Below are positions 39,101-47,458 of a stretch of DNA of 58,680 nt, piece after piece. The stretch is from Myxococcota bacterium (GTDB lineage Bacteria > Myxococcota > UBA4151), in NCBI GenBank assembly GCA_040260805.1, contig JBDQPD010000007.1:1-58680 (forward strand), written 5' to 3'. Under the pieces are notes generated by a model. The model searched no databases. It was not told the DNA's origin and saw only the letters and a program-made list of their open reading frames with translations. Within the stretch, counting starts at the first letter, position 1, and each line of letters starts with the position of its first letter. The position numbers and the translations under genes are program-made.

Positions 39101-39308
39101 GCTGTTGCCGATGCTCCTTGAGACCTCAATGCAGGCGAAGTTTCTGATCCCGATGGCGGTGAGTCTGGCCTTTGGTGTGCTCTTTGCCACCTTCGTGATC
39201 TTGTTCTTGGTACCGAGCGTTTACCTCGTACTTGAAGACATCGGCCGAGTGGTCTTTGGGCACGGAAAAAAGTCTGCCGCAGCGGACCTTGAGCCGGTGA
39301 CTCAGTAA
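36120..39308 (+). CDS. RND efflux permease (AcrB/AcrD/AcrF family)
   Basis: YPGASPEE, GLVVDDAIVVGENI, GVVVNDSLVLV, RFRPIFLTS; 1062 aa. Confidence 0.95.
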   Translation: MMDPKQIGSGPIAWMARNSVVANLLMGFMLIAGAFIGSGIKQEIFPEVSLDIITATAVYPGASPEETEQAICLRFEEAVRGVDGVKRIHCNAGESSATGWFELQTGVDADKVLQEVKSAIDRIRTFPADVERPIVSLPASQAQVISMVIYGDLDERTLRESAVTMRDEMLALDEVSKVALSGVRGYETVIEVRREDLRRYGMTMSQLAQAIRSSSIDLPAGSLRTGSGEILVRTKEQRFSASEYGALTVLSRPDGTRVMLRDVATLRDDFTETFTEATFNGSPAVMLTVSRTGKQTPKGVASAVQAFTEKKLAELPPSVKVATWMNRSEMLSARMDLLTRNAATGLLLVIIVLALFLEIRLAFWVTIGIPISFAGAFLLVPAMGASVNMISLFGFILVLGLVVDDAIVVGENIYSHRQRGHGIEYSAIEGAREVGHPVIFSILTTVAAFSPLAIVGGMMGKFMWAVPVVVVSVLFCSLVESLLILPAHLNHEPKDARWVKPFHFVQGGIDRILQRFLQGPFRRAVSVAVSYRYATIAFLMLSALMTAGMIKGGIIQFRFFPPIESDRVNANISLTEGVPAEETRAIMATVVAKAQELIAEYDAEQGQPTSRGIYALLGNRQSGGGPGDFGLGGSGVSHKASIRISFEEENIRGFSTIDFERRWRKAVGKLPGVVNVSFRSSLGPDFGAPIMIQFSHADTEQLEEAADRLRQELESISGVTDIEDGRSSGKEQMDLKLTQGARSAGLGQSDLARQVRSALFGTEAVRQQKDRDEVRVMVKLPKSQRANMSDLDELMIRTPNGGEMPLREAASISKGNAYSGITRKESKRVLSVSARVQASIVTADEVNADLRKTILPAILADFPGLSYSFQGERREREESFRDLGKAGAIALLVIYILLAIPFRSYFQPLAVMSAIPFGFVGAALGHYVLGMPLTFISMMGILALAGVVVNDSLVLVDFINRYRRQEEDLERAVVEAAIRRFRPIFLTSMTTFFGLLPMLLETSMQAKFLIPMAVSLAFGVLFATFVILFLVPSVYLVLEDIGRVVFGHGKKSAAADLEPVTQ

Positions 39309-40147
39309 GAGGAGCTCAAGCCCAATAGTTGGGTGCGCAGCGGGCGAAACGGGACCAGCGCAGGGTGGTCGAGCTCGGCATCTCCAAAGGCGGCGACTGT
39401 TGATCCAGAGCCGCAGAGAAGGGGCCTTAAACCCGCCTCGCTAGCGGCTCGAAATGCACGATCAACTCCGGGCACTCGTTGGCGCACTGGCGCGTCAAAT
39501 GAGTTGTAAACATATTTAATAATATCTGCCGGGTTATGACGCAGGGCATCGAGCAACCCCCGGAGGTGTTCAGGCCCCTCAGGGTCCGAATCCAGGCCGG
39601 CCTCATCCATCCATCGATACGCGTCCGGGGTGGCGACGGGAACACCGGGAAACAATAGGGTGATCGGGATGGAGCTGGCGACGGTGCTGATGGGGCTAAG
39701 CTGCTCGCCGATTCCAGTGGCTAAAGCGAGCCCACCGTGCAGCAAGAAGGGAACATCTGCGCCGAGCCTGGTGGCGACTGTATGCAGTTTATCCGCCCCT
39801 TGACCCCATAAGCTCGCTAAGCCGCGCAAGACCGCAGCGGCGTTGGCAGATCCTCCACCTAAACCTCCGCCGGCCGGGATGCGTTTGGTGACTTCGATAT
39901 GGCAGCCGAGTGCCGGGTCGCCGATCGCCTCTTTGAGACGGGTTGCGGCGCGTCCAGCGAGATCCTCTGAAACGCTCAAGCCGGTCTCGGAGACCAACTC
40001 AATGTCTCGGTCTCTCCTCGACAAGCGAACCGTATCGTGAAGGCCGAGATGACAAAATACAGTCTGCACGTCGTGATAGCCGTCTGCGCGTCGCTGCTGA
40101 CTGTGCAGATGGAGGTTGATCTTGGCATATGCTGATAATTCGATCAT
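39302..40147 (-). CDS. ispE: 4-(cytidine 5'-diphospho)-2-C-methyl-D-erythritol kinase
   Basis: AKINLHL, DGYH, KRIPAGGGLGGGSANAA, LGADVPF, GIGE, GSGSTV. Confidence 0.92.
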   Translation of the reverse strand: MIELSAYAKINLHLHSQQRRADGYHDVQTVFCHLGLHDTVRLSRRDRDIELVSETGLSVSEDLAGRAATRLKEAIGDPALGCHIEVTKRIPAGGGLGGGSANAAAVLRGLASLWGQGADKLHTVATRLGADVPFLLHGGLALATGIGEQLSPISTVASSIPITLLFPGVPVATPDAYRWMDEAGLDSDPEGPEHLRGLLDALRHNPADIIKYVYNSFDAPVRQRVPGVDRAFRAASEAGLRPLLCGSGSTVAAFGDAELDHPALVPFRPLRTQLLGLSSSY

Positions 40148-40156
40148 GGCCCGGTC

Positions 40157-41110
40157 ATGGTCTCTTCACGCAATGTCATCAACCCCGAAACCTTAATCCA
40201 GCGTCTCAACGACGCAGGAGATCGCCGCGCAGGCTTGGCCGAGCGTGAGGCTACGGACCTATACCGGCTCGTGCACGGACATGGCGACCAGCTCCCCGGG
40301 CTCAATATCGATTGGGCCGCTGGTATGGCGGTGATCTGGGAGATGAGAACCGACCAGTATGATCTGGCGGTGGTCATCGATTGGCTGAATGCCCGTTACG
40401 CGCCCGACAGTATTGTCCACAAAGGCGTACGCTTCGGTCAATCCGGAGGACAGCTGTTGCGCGGTGAAGTCGCCGATGAGGGTCACGTCGTGACCGAGGC
40501 GGGTTTGCGTTTCTTGCTCGAGCCGCTCTCGGCTCAGAACCTCGGCATTTTCATTGACGCTCGACCGGTTCGGCAGTGGTTGCGTGAGCACAGCCATGAT
40601 CGGACCGTTTTGAACACCTTCGCGTACACCGGCTCGCTGGGTGTTGCGGCGCGAGCTGGCGGAGCCAGGGGTTGCGTTCAAGTCGATCTCCAAGCCGCTC
40701 AGCTCGAGCGCGCTCGGCGGAATCATCAACTCAATGATCAGCGCATCGATGATCGAGACATCATGAAAGCCGACTGCTTGCGCTGGCTCAGGCGAAGCCG
40801 CCGTCAGGTGGGTGGGATTATCTTGGATCCACCGCCGCGTTTGCCTGGCCAGCGAAAGGGGGACCCACAGGCTTGGACCCTCTTGGTGCGTCACGCCGCC
40901 GTGTTGCTTGAACCTCAAGGTTGGATTTTAGCCCTGCTCAACCGCCGCGGCGTGCCGCGAGCCCTCTGGGAAGAGCGAGTGATCGACGCTGCGGCGCGGG
41001 CGGAGGTCAGAATAGAGCCCTTTTGGCGGGGCACCAGCGGTGATGACTTTTGGGAGCTCGACCCCGAAGCGAGACTCCGGGTGACTGCGTTTCGACGCAT
41101 CGAGTCCTGA
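40157..41110 (+). CDS. Class I SAM-dependent methyltransferase, RlmI/RlmK-like
   Basis: YRLVHG.GD.LPGL.ID, NLGIFIDAR, VLNTFAYTG, IILDPP. Confidence 0.82.
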   Translation: MVSSRNVINPETLIQRLNDAGDRRAGLAEREATDLYRLVHGHGDQLPGLNIDWAAGMAVIWEMRTDQYDLAVVIDWLNARYAPDSIVHKGVRFGQSGGQLLRGEVADEGHVVTEAGLRFLLEPLSAQNLGIFIDARPVRQWLREHSHDRTVLNTFAYTGSLGVAARAGGARGCVQVDLQAAQLERARRNHQLNDQRIDDRDIMKADCLRWLRRSRRQVGGIILDPPPRLPGQRKGDPQAWTLLVRHAAVLLEPQGWILALLNRRGVPRALWEERVIDAAARAEVRIEPFWRGTSGDDFWELDPEARLRVTAFRRIES

Positions 41111-41167
41111 ACCTTCGGGTGACTTAGATTTTGCGCCAAGCCCCGAAGGGGCCCACCATGCGAACCT

Positions 41168-41857
41168 ATGGCCTCGCAACGGCTCCTCAGTCTTGCTTTG
41201 TGTTTTGGTGCTTGCGCAGCGCCCCAGGTGAAGTCCGAGCGGCCGTCGTGGTCGTCGCAAGCGAGTAGCGACGTCGCCTGTTCGAAGTGGCTGGCCCGAA
41301 GCGAGCAAACCCAAAATCAAAGGTCGTGGCGACTGCGAGCCGCCCGGCGAGCATTTTTGTGCCTCGAGACTGAGTCAAAAGATCCCGGTCCAGCCTTGCG
41401 TAGGGCGCTCGAACTCAGCTTGGACGAGCCGCATTCGCTCGAGCTAGCTGAGCGGTATTTTGGTGGCTCAAGAGATGCCGAACGACTGAAGGTCTTTGAG
41501 CCCTTTGAGGGGCAAAGTGTGCGGCTGGATGCTGCCGTTCTGATCGGTCGTGCGTCGTCGGCTGAGCTCGTCGATCGACCGAGTTTGTGGCGAGCCACGG
41601 TCGAGCGAGATCCTGACGGGGTGCGCGGCCGCCGGGCGATGCTTGCGTTGGCTCAAGCCGCTCCGGACTCGAGTCAAAAGATCGTCTGGCTCAAACGAGC
41701 GCTCGCGCCGCATCGAGGCGTCTTGTCCAGTTTTGGACACGCTGAGTTTGCCGGCCTAAGCCAGGCTGCGCTTGAATTGATGAAGCTGTGCAGCGAATCT
41801 GGTGATCAAGACTGTGAGCGTTTTGCGACCAAACGCCGTCAGGAGCTTGAGCGATGA
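41168..41857 (+). CDS. Helical/TPR-like lipoprotein heading the MCE operon
   Basis: Lipobox FGAC; ATGA-coupled to the ABC ATPase. Confidence 0.6.
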   Translation: MASQRLLSLALCFGACAAPQVKSERPSWSSQASSDVACSKWLARSEQTQNQRSWRLRAARRAFLCLETESKDPGPALRRALELSLDEPHSLELAERYFGGSRDAERLKVFEPFEGQSVRLDAAVLIGRASSAELVDRPSLWRATVERDPDGVRGRRAMLALAQAAPDSSQKIVWLKRALAPHRGVLSSFGHAEFAGLSQAALELMKLCSESGDQDCERFATKRRQELER

Positions 41858-42552
41858 TCGAGCTTCAGAGTTTATGTCTTGGGCCACTGCGAGACCTCAC
41901 GATGAGTCTCCCTCAGGGCCAGCTTTATGCGCTACTGGGTCCAACCAATTCGGGCAAGTCCTTGCTGCTGCGCTGCCTCGCAGGCTTGCAAAAGCCGGAG
42001 TCGGGCTTCGTCGCGGTTCATGGTCGTGTCCTGTATTCGCCGGATTCAACCTTAGATGCCGAGCATCGTGATGAGGTCGGTATGGTGTTTGATACCTACG
42101 CCGCCATTCCTGATCAGTCGGTGCTAGAGAATGTCCGCTTGCCCTTGGATCTGCGTGGCTGCGACCAAACCGAAGGTGACGAGCGCGCCATGGTTTTACT
42201 CGAAGAGCTTGGAATCGCTGAGGCGGCGAATAAGCAGCCTGGTGAGTTGAGCGGCGGCATGTTGACTCGAATGCAGTTAGCGAGAGCGCTGATTCATAAT
42301 CCGCGCTTCTTAATCCTTGATGGTCCCACCGCAGGTTTGGACCCGGTGAGCTCCGCTCGTTCGTTGCAGATGATCGCTCGCCTTTTAGAGCAGCGCGGCG
42401 CGACCGGGGTGGTGACCACTCATGATATTCGCCCTGCGCTACCTCATGTCGAAGGCGTGATTTTGATCTCGGGTGGTCTCGCTCGTGGTCCTTTGCCCGC
42501 GGTACTCGCCGGCGATGTCCTCGATTTTTGCGAGGGGCACAGACCATGGTGA
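41854..42552 (+). CDS. MlaF-like ABC ATPase with degenerate Walker B
   Basis: GPTNSGKS, LSGGM, ILDGPTAGLDP, TTHD. Confidence 0.88.
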   Translation: MIELQSLCLGPLRDLTMSLPQGQLYALLGPTNSGKSLLLRCLAGLQKPESGFVAVHGRVLYSPDSTLDAEHRDEVGMVFDTYAAIPDQSVLENVRLPLDLRGCDQTEGDERAMVLLEELGIAEAANKQPGELSGGMLTRMQLARALIHNPRFLILDGPTAGLDPVSSARSLQMIARLLEQRGATGVVTTHDIRPALPHVEGVILISGGLARGPLPAVLAGDVLDFCEGHRPW

Positions 42553-43289
42553 ACCTACTTAATGGGCTGTTTATTCCGATTCGCTGGCTGCTGCCCGCTG
42601 CTCGGCTGTTGCGGCGATTGGTCGGGGTTCGGCCAGATTTTCGTGAGACCATTTATCAACTTGAGCACTTTGGCTATCAATCGATCTTGATCGTCATTGC
42701 GGCCGGCTGCGCCGTGGGCGGTATCGTCGCTGTGCATGCCGCCACTTATGTCGCCAATTACAGCGCTGGCGAGCTCGCCGGCTGGGCAGTCGGTTACGCC
42801 ACCTTACGTGAGGTCGGCCCCTTGCTGACCGGACTGTTGCTGGCTGGTCGAGTCGGCGCGATGAACGCGGCGGAGCTCGCCGACATGCGTGTTCGCGATC
42901 AGATTCGTGGCCTCGAGGCGTTGGGTTTAGACCCGATGCCCATTGTGATCGCTCCTCGCGTCTACGCCGCAGCGATCGCCGGTGTTGCGCTGTTCAGCGT
43001 GGCTGCGATCGCGTCTTTGGTCACCGCTGTTTTGGGCGTCACTACGGCGAGCGGTTTAAAGCTGATGCCTTTTTTATACTCGCTCCATGACGGGACGAGC
43101 TTATCGTATCTTTTTGTAGGCCAAGCCAAGGCTGGGATCTTCGCCTTGATCGTCGGGTTGTTGAGCACTCATGAGGGTCTTCAGGCGTCTGGCGGGTCCT
43201 CCGCTGTGGGTCGAGCGGTCAACAACGCGGCGGTGGCTTCTGCCGTGGGCATCGTGACCGCAAATTTTGCCTGCACGTGGGTGTTCTAA
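42546..43289 (+). CDS. MlaE-family ABC permease
   Basis: LREVGPLLTGLLLAGRVGA..AAELADM..DQI.GLE.LG.DP; VGRAV. Confidence 0.9.
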   Translation: MVNLLNGLFIPIRWLLPAARLLRRLVGVRPDFRETIYQLEHFGYQSILIVIAAGCAVGGIVAVHAATYVANYSAGELAGWAVGYATLREVGPLLTGLLLAGRVGAMNAAELADMRVRDQIRGLEALGLDPMPIVIAPRVYAAAIAGVALFSVAAIASLVTAVLGVTTASGLKLMPFLYSLHDGTSLSYLFVGQAKAGIFALIVGLLSTHEGLQASGGSSAVGRAVNNAAVASAVGIVTANFACTWVF

Positions 43290-44011
43290 TGGCAGCTCAA
43301 ACCAAGCGAAAAACAGGGGTTAAGCCTCCGTGGTTGGTCGGTCAGGGATGGCTGCATCTCGACCATCTGGCGGTGTCGAGTCTGCCCTTGATCGTGGTGA
43401 CGCTGAGCTTAGCCGGGGTCGCCTTCGCGCGTGAGGGCGCCATCCAGGCTCAGATGATCATTGGTACGGTCGAGGTCTTAGGCCCCGAATACATGCGCCT
43501 GACCGTCACTGAGATGGGTCCGGTGATCACCGCGCTCATGCTCACCATGCGCGTCGGCAGCGGGATCGCTGCTGAGATTGCGAACTTGACGGTCAGCCAA
43601 GCGACGACCGCTTATCAGGTCTTTGGTGGGCGAGCACAGCGTGACCTGGTGATCCCTCGGATCTGGGCGGGTGTCGTTGGCTGCGTTTTGTTGGTCCCGA
43701 TTGGCGTCGCCAGCTTCTTGCTCTCAGGGACGCTCGCGGTGGCGCTCTGGTTTGATGTACCTCAAGAGGAGTTCTTGTTCTTTCGTCATCTCGACGGCTT
43801 GGACTTGATGTGCGCGATGGTTAAAGCCGTGCTCTTTGGGGCGGTGATTCCGTTCATTGCGGCTCGAGCAGGTTTAGCCGCTCGAGGTGGCTCAGGCGCG
43901 GTCGGGCAAGCCTCGGCTAAAGCGGTGGTCCATGGGACCGTGGCGGTGTTGTTTATCGATCTGCTGGTGGCCGCGGTGGTGGCGATGCTGCGCGATGGAA
44001 GGCTAGGCTGA
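43289..44011 (+). CDS. MlaE-family ABC permease (second, divergent)
   Basis: EMGPVITALMLTMRVGSGIAAEIA, LVIPRI, GAVGQA..KAVV. Confidence 0.88.
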   Translation: MAAQTKRKTGVKPPWLVGQGWLHLDHLAVSSLPLIVVTLSLAGVAFAREGAIQAQMIIGTVEVLGPEYMRLTVTEMGPVITALMLTMRVGSGIAAEIANLTVSQATTAYQVFGGRAQRDLVIPRIWAGVVGCVLLVPIGVASFLLSGTLAVALWFDVPQEEFLFFRHLDGLDLMCAMVKAVLFGAVIPFIAARAGLAARGGSGAVGQASAKAVVHGTVAVLFIDLLVAAVVAMLRDGRLG

Positions 44012-44757
44012 TGAGCGCACCGATCACCATTCGAAATCTGCACAAAGGCTTTGGTGACCTCAAGGTGCTGCAGGGGATCGACCTCGAACTCGCTCATCAA
44101 GAGATCCTGTACGTCCTCGGGCCTTCCGGGACCGGTAAATCGGTGTTGAGTCAGTGCGTTTTGGGGTTCTTAGCGCCGGACCAAGGGGCGATTTTTTTGA
44201 ACGGCGAGCCGATCCCAGAGGTCGGTCATCCCGACTGGCTGAGTTGGCGCAGGCAGACGGCCTTGGTCGTTCAAACGCCCGCTTTACTTGAAGAGCGCAC
44301 GGTTCACGAGAACGTCGCCTTAGCCGCTCGCCATGCGCTCGGCATGTCCACCAAAGCGGGCGACCGCCGGGCGACCGAGCTGCTCAGCGCCTTGAATCTT
44401 CGCCACATGGGTAAGCAGCGTGCCGCAGGGCTCGGGCCTGGGATCGCCAAAGCCGTTGCGCTGGCTCGAGCCCTCGCTGTCGGCGCGACCACTTTGATCC
44501 TCGATGAGCCTACCACCGGCTTGGATCCGATTCAGGGTATGGTCGTTGATGAAGCGATCACCGACGCGGTGCGCTCCGAGGGGGTCAGCGCCTTGGTGAT
44601 CAGTCATGATCTAGAAAGTATGAAGAAAGTCGCCGACCGAGCGATCCTCTTGTACGCTGGCGGCGTTCGGGTGCAAGGCACCCCGAGTGAGCTGATGAAC
44701 TATGACGATGAGATCTGGCAGCAGTTCCAGGCTGGTCGAGCGGAAGGACCCTTATAA
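44011..44757 (+). CDS. MlaF-like ABC ATPase with degenerate signature motif
   Basis: GPSGTGKSV, LGPGI in place of LSGGM, ILDEPTTGLDP, ISHD, QQF..G..EGPL. Confidence 0.9.
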   Translation: MSAPITIRNLHKGFGDLKVLQGIDLELAHQEILYVLGPSGTGKSVLSQCVLGFLAPDQGAIFLNGEPIPEVGHPDWLSWRRQTALVVQTPALLEERTVHENVALAARHALGMSTKAGDRRATELLSALNLRHMGKQRAAGLGPGIAKAVALARALAVGATTLILDEPTTGLDPIQGMVVDEAITDAVRSEGVSALVISHDLESMKKVADRAILLYAGGVRVQGTPSELMNYDDEIWQQFQAGRAEGPL

Positions 44758-45822
44758 ATGGGCACGATCGCCACACGCTTAAGGGTCGTCATTCTGGCAT
44801 TGGTCAGTATGCTGCTGTTCTTCGGTTTGCTGGCTTATCTGGCGGACTGGCTGCCTGAAAATGGTCAGGTGTATCGTGTTCGTTTCTCGTACGCTGGCCC
44901 ATTGCACCCGGGCGCACGCGTCCGGATGGCGGGTCAGACGATCGGTCGGGTCTCGGCGGTTCGTTTGCTCGATGAGAGCGAGCGCAGCGATGACCCCGGG
45001 CACTTGCTCGAGGTGCGCGTGGTGATTCGCCCTGAGGCGGTCCATCTGATCGGTCGCAAGACGCGCTTTGTCGTGACCACCCGCGGTGTGCTCGGGGAGC
45101 ATTACGTCGATGTCATCCCTGGTCCGCCGGGCGACGATCCTTTGTCGACGAGTCACTCGATCGATGGCGAAGACCAGCCGCGAACGGACCTGGTCTTGGC
45201 GTCGGTTCAGCGCCTGGTCGATGGGGTGATTGAGGTGATTAATGAGGACCCCGACGCGCTCAAGAACCTGTTCCGCAACACCGGGCGGCTCATTGGAAAC
45301 CTAGATCGTGTTTTGGTGCGTAATGGCGAGTCGCTCGATGAGTTGATCAAGGGCTTGAGTGACGCCGGCAATGGCGTGGCTCGAGGGGTAGGCGATGGCT
45401 CGGATTTAGCGGCAGCTATTCGCGAACTGCGCGCCGCAAGTTCGTCGATCACCACCGACGTGCCGCGCATGGCAACGGACATCAGCAAGGTCGCAAGCGG
45501 CTTAGACGGCACGCTGACCAGTGTGGGCTCTGCCGCCAAAGAGATCGACAAGGCGGCGGCTGGAATCAACGGCGCGTTGGGCTCGATCAATTCCTTGCTC
45601 GGCGATGACCAAGGCAAGGTTGAGGACTTCTATAAAAAAGCGCTCGGCGTGGTCGCAGAGCTTAACGGCGTGACCAAGAGCGTCAAGTCGGTCCTGAGCG
45701 CGATTGATCGACGAGAGGGCTTGGTCGGCGCGCTCATCCACGACCCCGAACCGCTCGAAGACTTCAAAGAGCTCCTGCATGAGCTCAGGAAGCAGCCTTG
45801 GAAGTTGGTTTGGAAGCGCTGA
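44758..45822 (+). CDS. MlaD/MCE-domain protein with helical extension
   Basis: N-terminal TM; GARVRMAGQTIGRV, GVLGEHYVDVIPG; helical tail ending QPWKLVWKR. Confidence 0.9.
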   Translation: MGTIATRLRVVILALVSMLLFFGLLAYLADWLPENGQVYRVRFSYAGPLHPGARVRMAGQTIGRVSAVRLLDESERSDDPGHLLEVRVVIRPEAVHLIGRKTRFVVTTRGVLGEHYVDVIPGPPGDDPLSTSHSIDGEDQPRTDLVLASVQRLVDGVIEVINEDPDALKNLFRNTGRLIGNLDRVLVRNGESLDELIKGLSDAGNGVARGVGDGSDLAAAIRELRAASSSITTDVPRMATDISKVASGLDGTLTSVGSAAKEIDKAAAGINGALGSINSLLGDDQGKVEDFYKKALGVVAELNGVTKSVKSVLSAIDRREGLVGALIHDPEPLEDFKELLHELRKQPWKLVWKR

Positions 45823-45823
45823 C

Positions 45824-46618
45824 ATGGCGATCGACGACTTAGGTCCCGACCAATCTCGCCCGGTCCCTTGCGTGCGTATTTTTCCTGAGCGCCGAGAGGA
45901 GCGACTCGACCCTGTGGTGGTTGAATCGCCCTTAGCCCTTAGCTTTGCTGACACGCCATGGCTGACGACCATGCGCACACCCGGCAGCGATCTGGATTTA
46001 GCCTTAGGGCTCTTGTTTACTGAGGGCGTGATTCGGTCGGCGAGCGAGGTGGTGCGGCTCGCCCACTGCCCAGAGGCCGACCCACCAGAGAGCTTGGTTC
46101 GGATCCAGCTCTCGGCCGGCCATGCGCTGCCGAAGCCGCGCGCGGTGATCGCCTCGTCGGCATGCGGCGTGTGCGGTACCCAGGCGATCGATGACCTAGC
46201 ACGGCAGTTCCCTGTGGTCGCTCAAGCCGAGCCGATCCAGGAGCAGGTGTTGATGACAGCGTCGACCCAGCTGCGCCCCCTCCAGCGGGTGTTTCAGCTC
46301 ACGGGCGCTCTGCATGGAGCAGCCTTACTCGACGCTCAAGGTGGGGTGCTGGCGATGGCTGAGGACGTCGGTCGTCACAACGCCGTGGACAAAGTCTTGG
46401 GACAAGCGTTGCGCCGCGACCTTTTGGCGCCGAGCGGGCGGCTCTTGGCGGTGACCAGCCGGGTAGGGTTTGAGATCGCCGCCAAGGCTTGGGCTGCAGG
46501 CGTTCAGGCGCTCGTCGCCGTCGGCGCGCCGACGGATTTAGCGGTGACGACCTGCAGAAAAGCGGGGGTCCAGTTGGCAGGCTTTGCCAACGGCGAGCGT
46601 TTAAACCTCTACCCCTAG
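45824..46618 (+). CDS. fdhD: Formate dehydrogenase accessory sulfurtransferase
   Basis: TMRTPG.D..LA.G.L.TEG, SSACGVCG, TGALH, EDVGRHNAVDK, SRV.FE; ATG 45824. Confidence 0.92.
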   Translation: MAIDDLGPDQSRPVPCVRIFPERREERLDPVVVESPLALSFADTPWLTTMRTPGSDLDLALGLLFTEGVIRSASEVVRLAHCPEADPPESLVRIQLSAGHALPKPRAVIASSACGVCGTQAIDDLARQFPVVAQAEPIQEQVLMTASTQLRPLQRVFQLTGALHGAALLDAQGGVLAMAEDVGRHNAVDKVLGQALRRDLLAPSGRLLAVTSRVGFEIAAKAWAAGVQALVAVGAPTDLAVTTCRKAGVQLAGFANGERLNLYP

Positions 46619-46700
46619 ACCTTGCCCGAGCTTGCCTAGTGCTCGCTCCATCAACTAGACCACAGCACCCACCAGATGCCTGTCGGGCAAAGGAGTTCCC

Positions 46701-47372
46701 ATGAATCGGATGCATGCTTTGATTTTAGCCGCTTCAACCACCTTGCTGGGCTGCCCTAGTGTGCACACCATGCGAAGCGCCGAGGTCTTGCCTGCGGGTA
46801 AGTCTGAGATCGTCGCTCACGTGGGACAAAATGGATTCTTAGCCACTGCATCTGGGACCGTTGAGGGGGAGAGTGACTCGGAAAGCGGCGCAGCGCTGAT
46901 TCCATGGGCTGCGTTCTCCTATCGCACAGGCTTGGGCAACAACCTCGATTTTCAAATCAAAACCGATCCCAGCATCTTACCTGAGCTCGGTGTCGCTTAT
47001 CAGGTGGTCGGCGTACCTGGGCAAGGAGGCTTTGCGGCCTCACTGTATGCTGGCGCTAAATACCTAAGCTCCTCGGGGGGTTCACTTGCGTTTGTACCGG
47101 TTGTTGGCTTGGCAGACTTACCGCTCGGCGGTTCAACCGTGACGGTTAAGGGTGGCGTGATGATCAGCTCTTTATCGAGCGATTCGGCTACTGAGACTGC
47201 GGTTAAGCCCTTGGTGGGGGTGTCAGCTCGAGTAAAACTCGGCGGGATCACCTTGTTGCCTGAGGTCAGCTACGGTGAGCTGCTCAGCTTAGATGTAACG
47301 TCTGAAGATGGCGCGGATAACGTCTCGGCGTCGCTCGGCTTTCTCGCTTGGGGTATCGGCTTCGCCTTCTAG
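46701..47372 (+). CDS. Hypothetical lipoprotein with probable outer-membrane beta-barrel
   Basis: AAGGAG RBS; lipobox LLGC; alternating beta strands; C-terminal WGIGFAF. Confidence 0.6.
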   Translation: MNRMHALILAASTTLLGCPSVHTMRSAEVLPAGKSEIVAHVGQNGFLATASGTVEGESDSESGAALIPWAAFSYRTGLGNNLDFQIKTDPSILPELGVAYQVVGVPGQGGFAASLYAGAKYLSSSGGSLAFVPVVGLADLPLGGSTVTVKGGVMISSLSSDSATETAVKPLVGVSARVKLGGITLLPEVSYGELLSLDVTSEDGADNVSASLGFLAWGIGFAF

Positions 47373-47458
47373 AAGAGTCGATCAGCGGACGACTTATTTG
47401 AGCTAAAAATCGGCGCCTTCTAGGTCTCTGGCGTAAGCTCGGGCCGGGAGAGTGTATT

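Noticed and set aside
32904..39308. TetR-OEP-MFP-RND operon as a novel system
   Set aside because: Standard tripartite efflux architecture
41112..41149. CCTTCGGG/CCCGAAGG inverted repeat before the MCE operon
   Set aside because: Long loop and no U tract; not supportable as a terminator or operator
45824..46618. fdhD at the end of the MCE operon as a functional link
   Set aside because: FdhD is often encoded away from fdh genes; no mechanistic tie to lipid transport is visible
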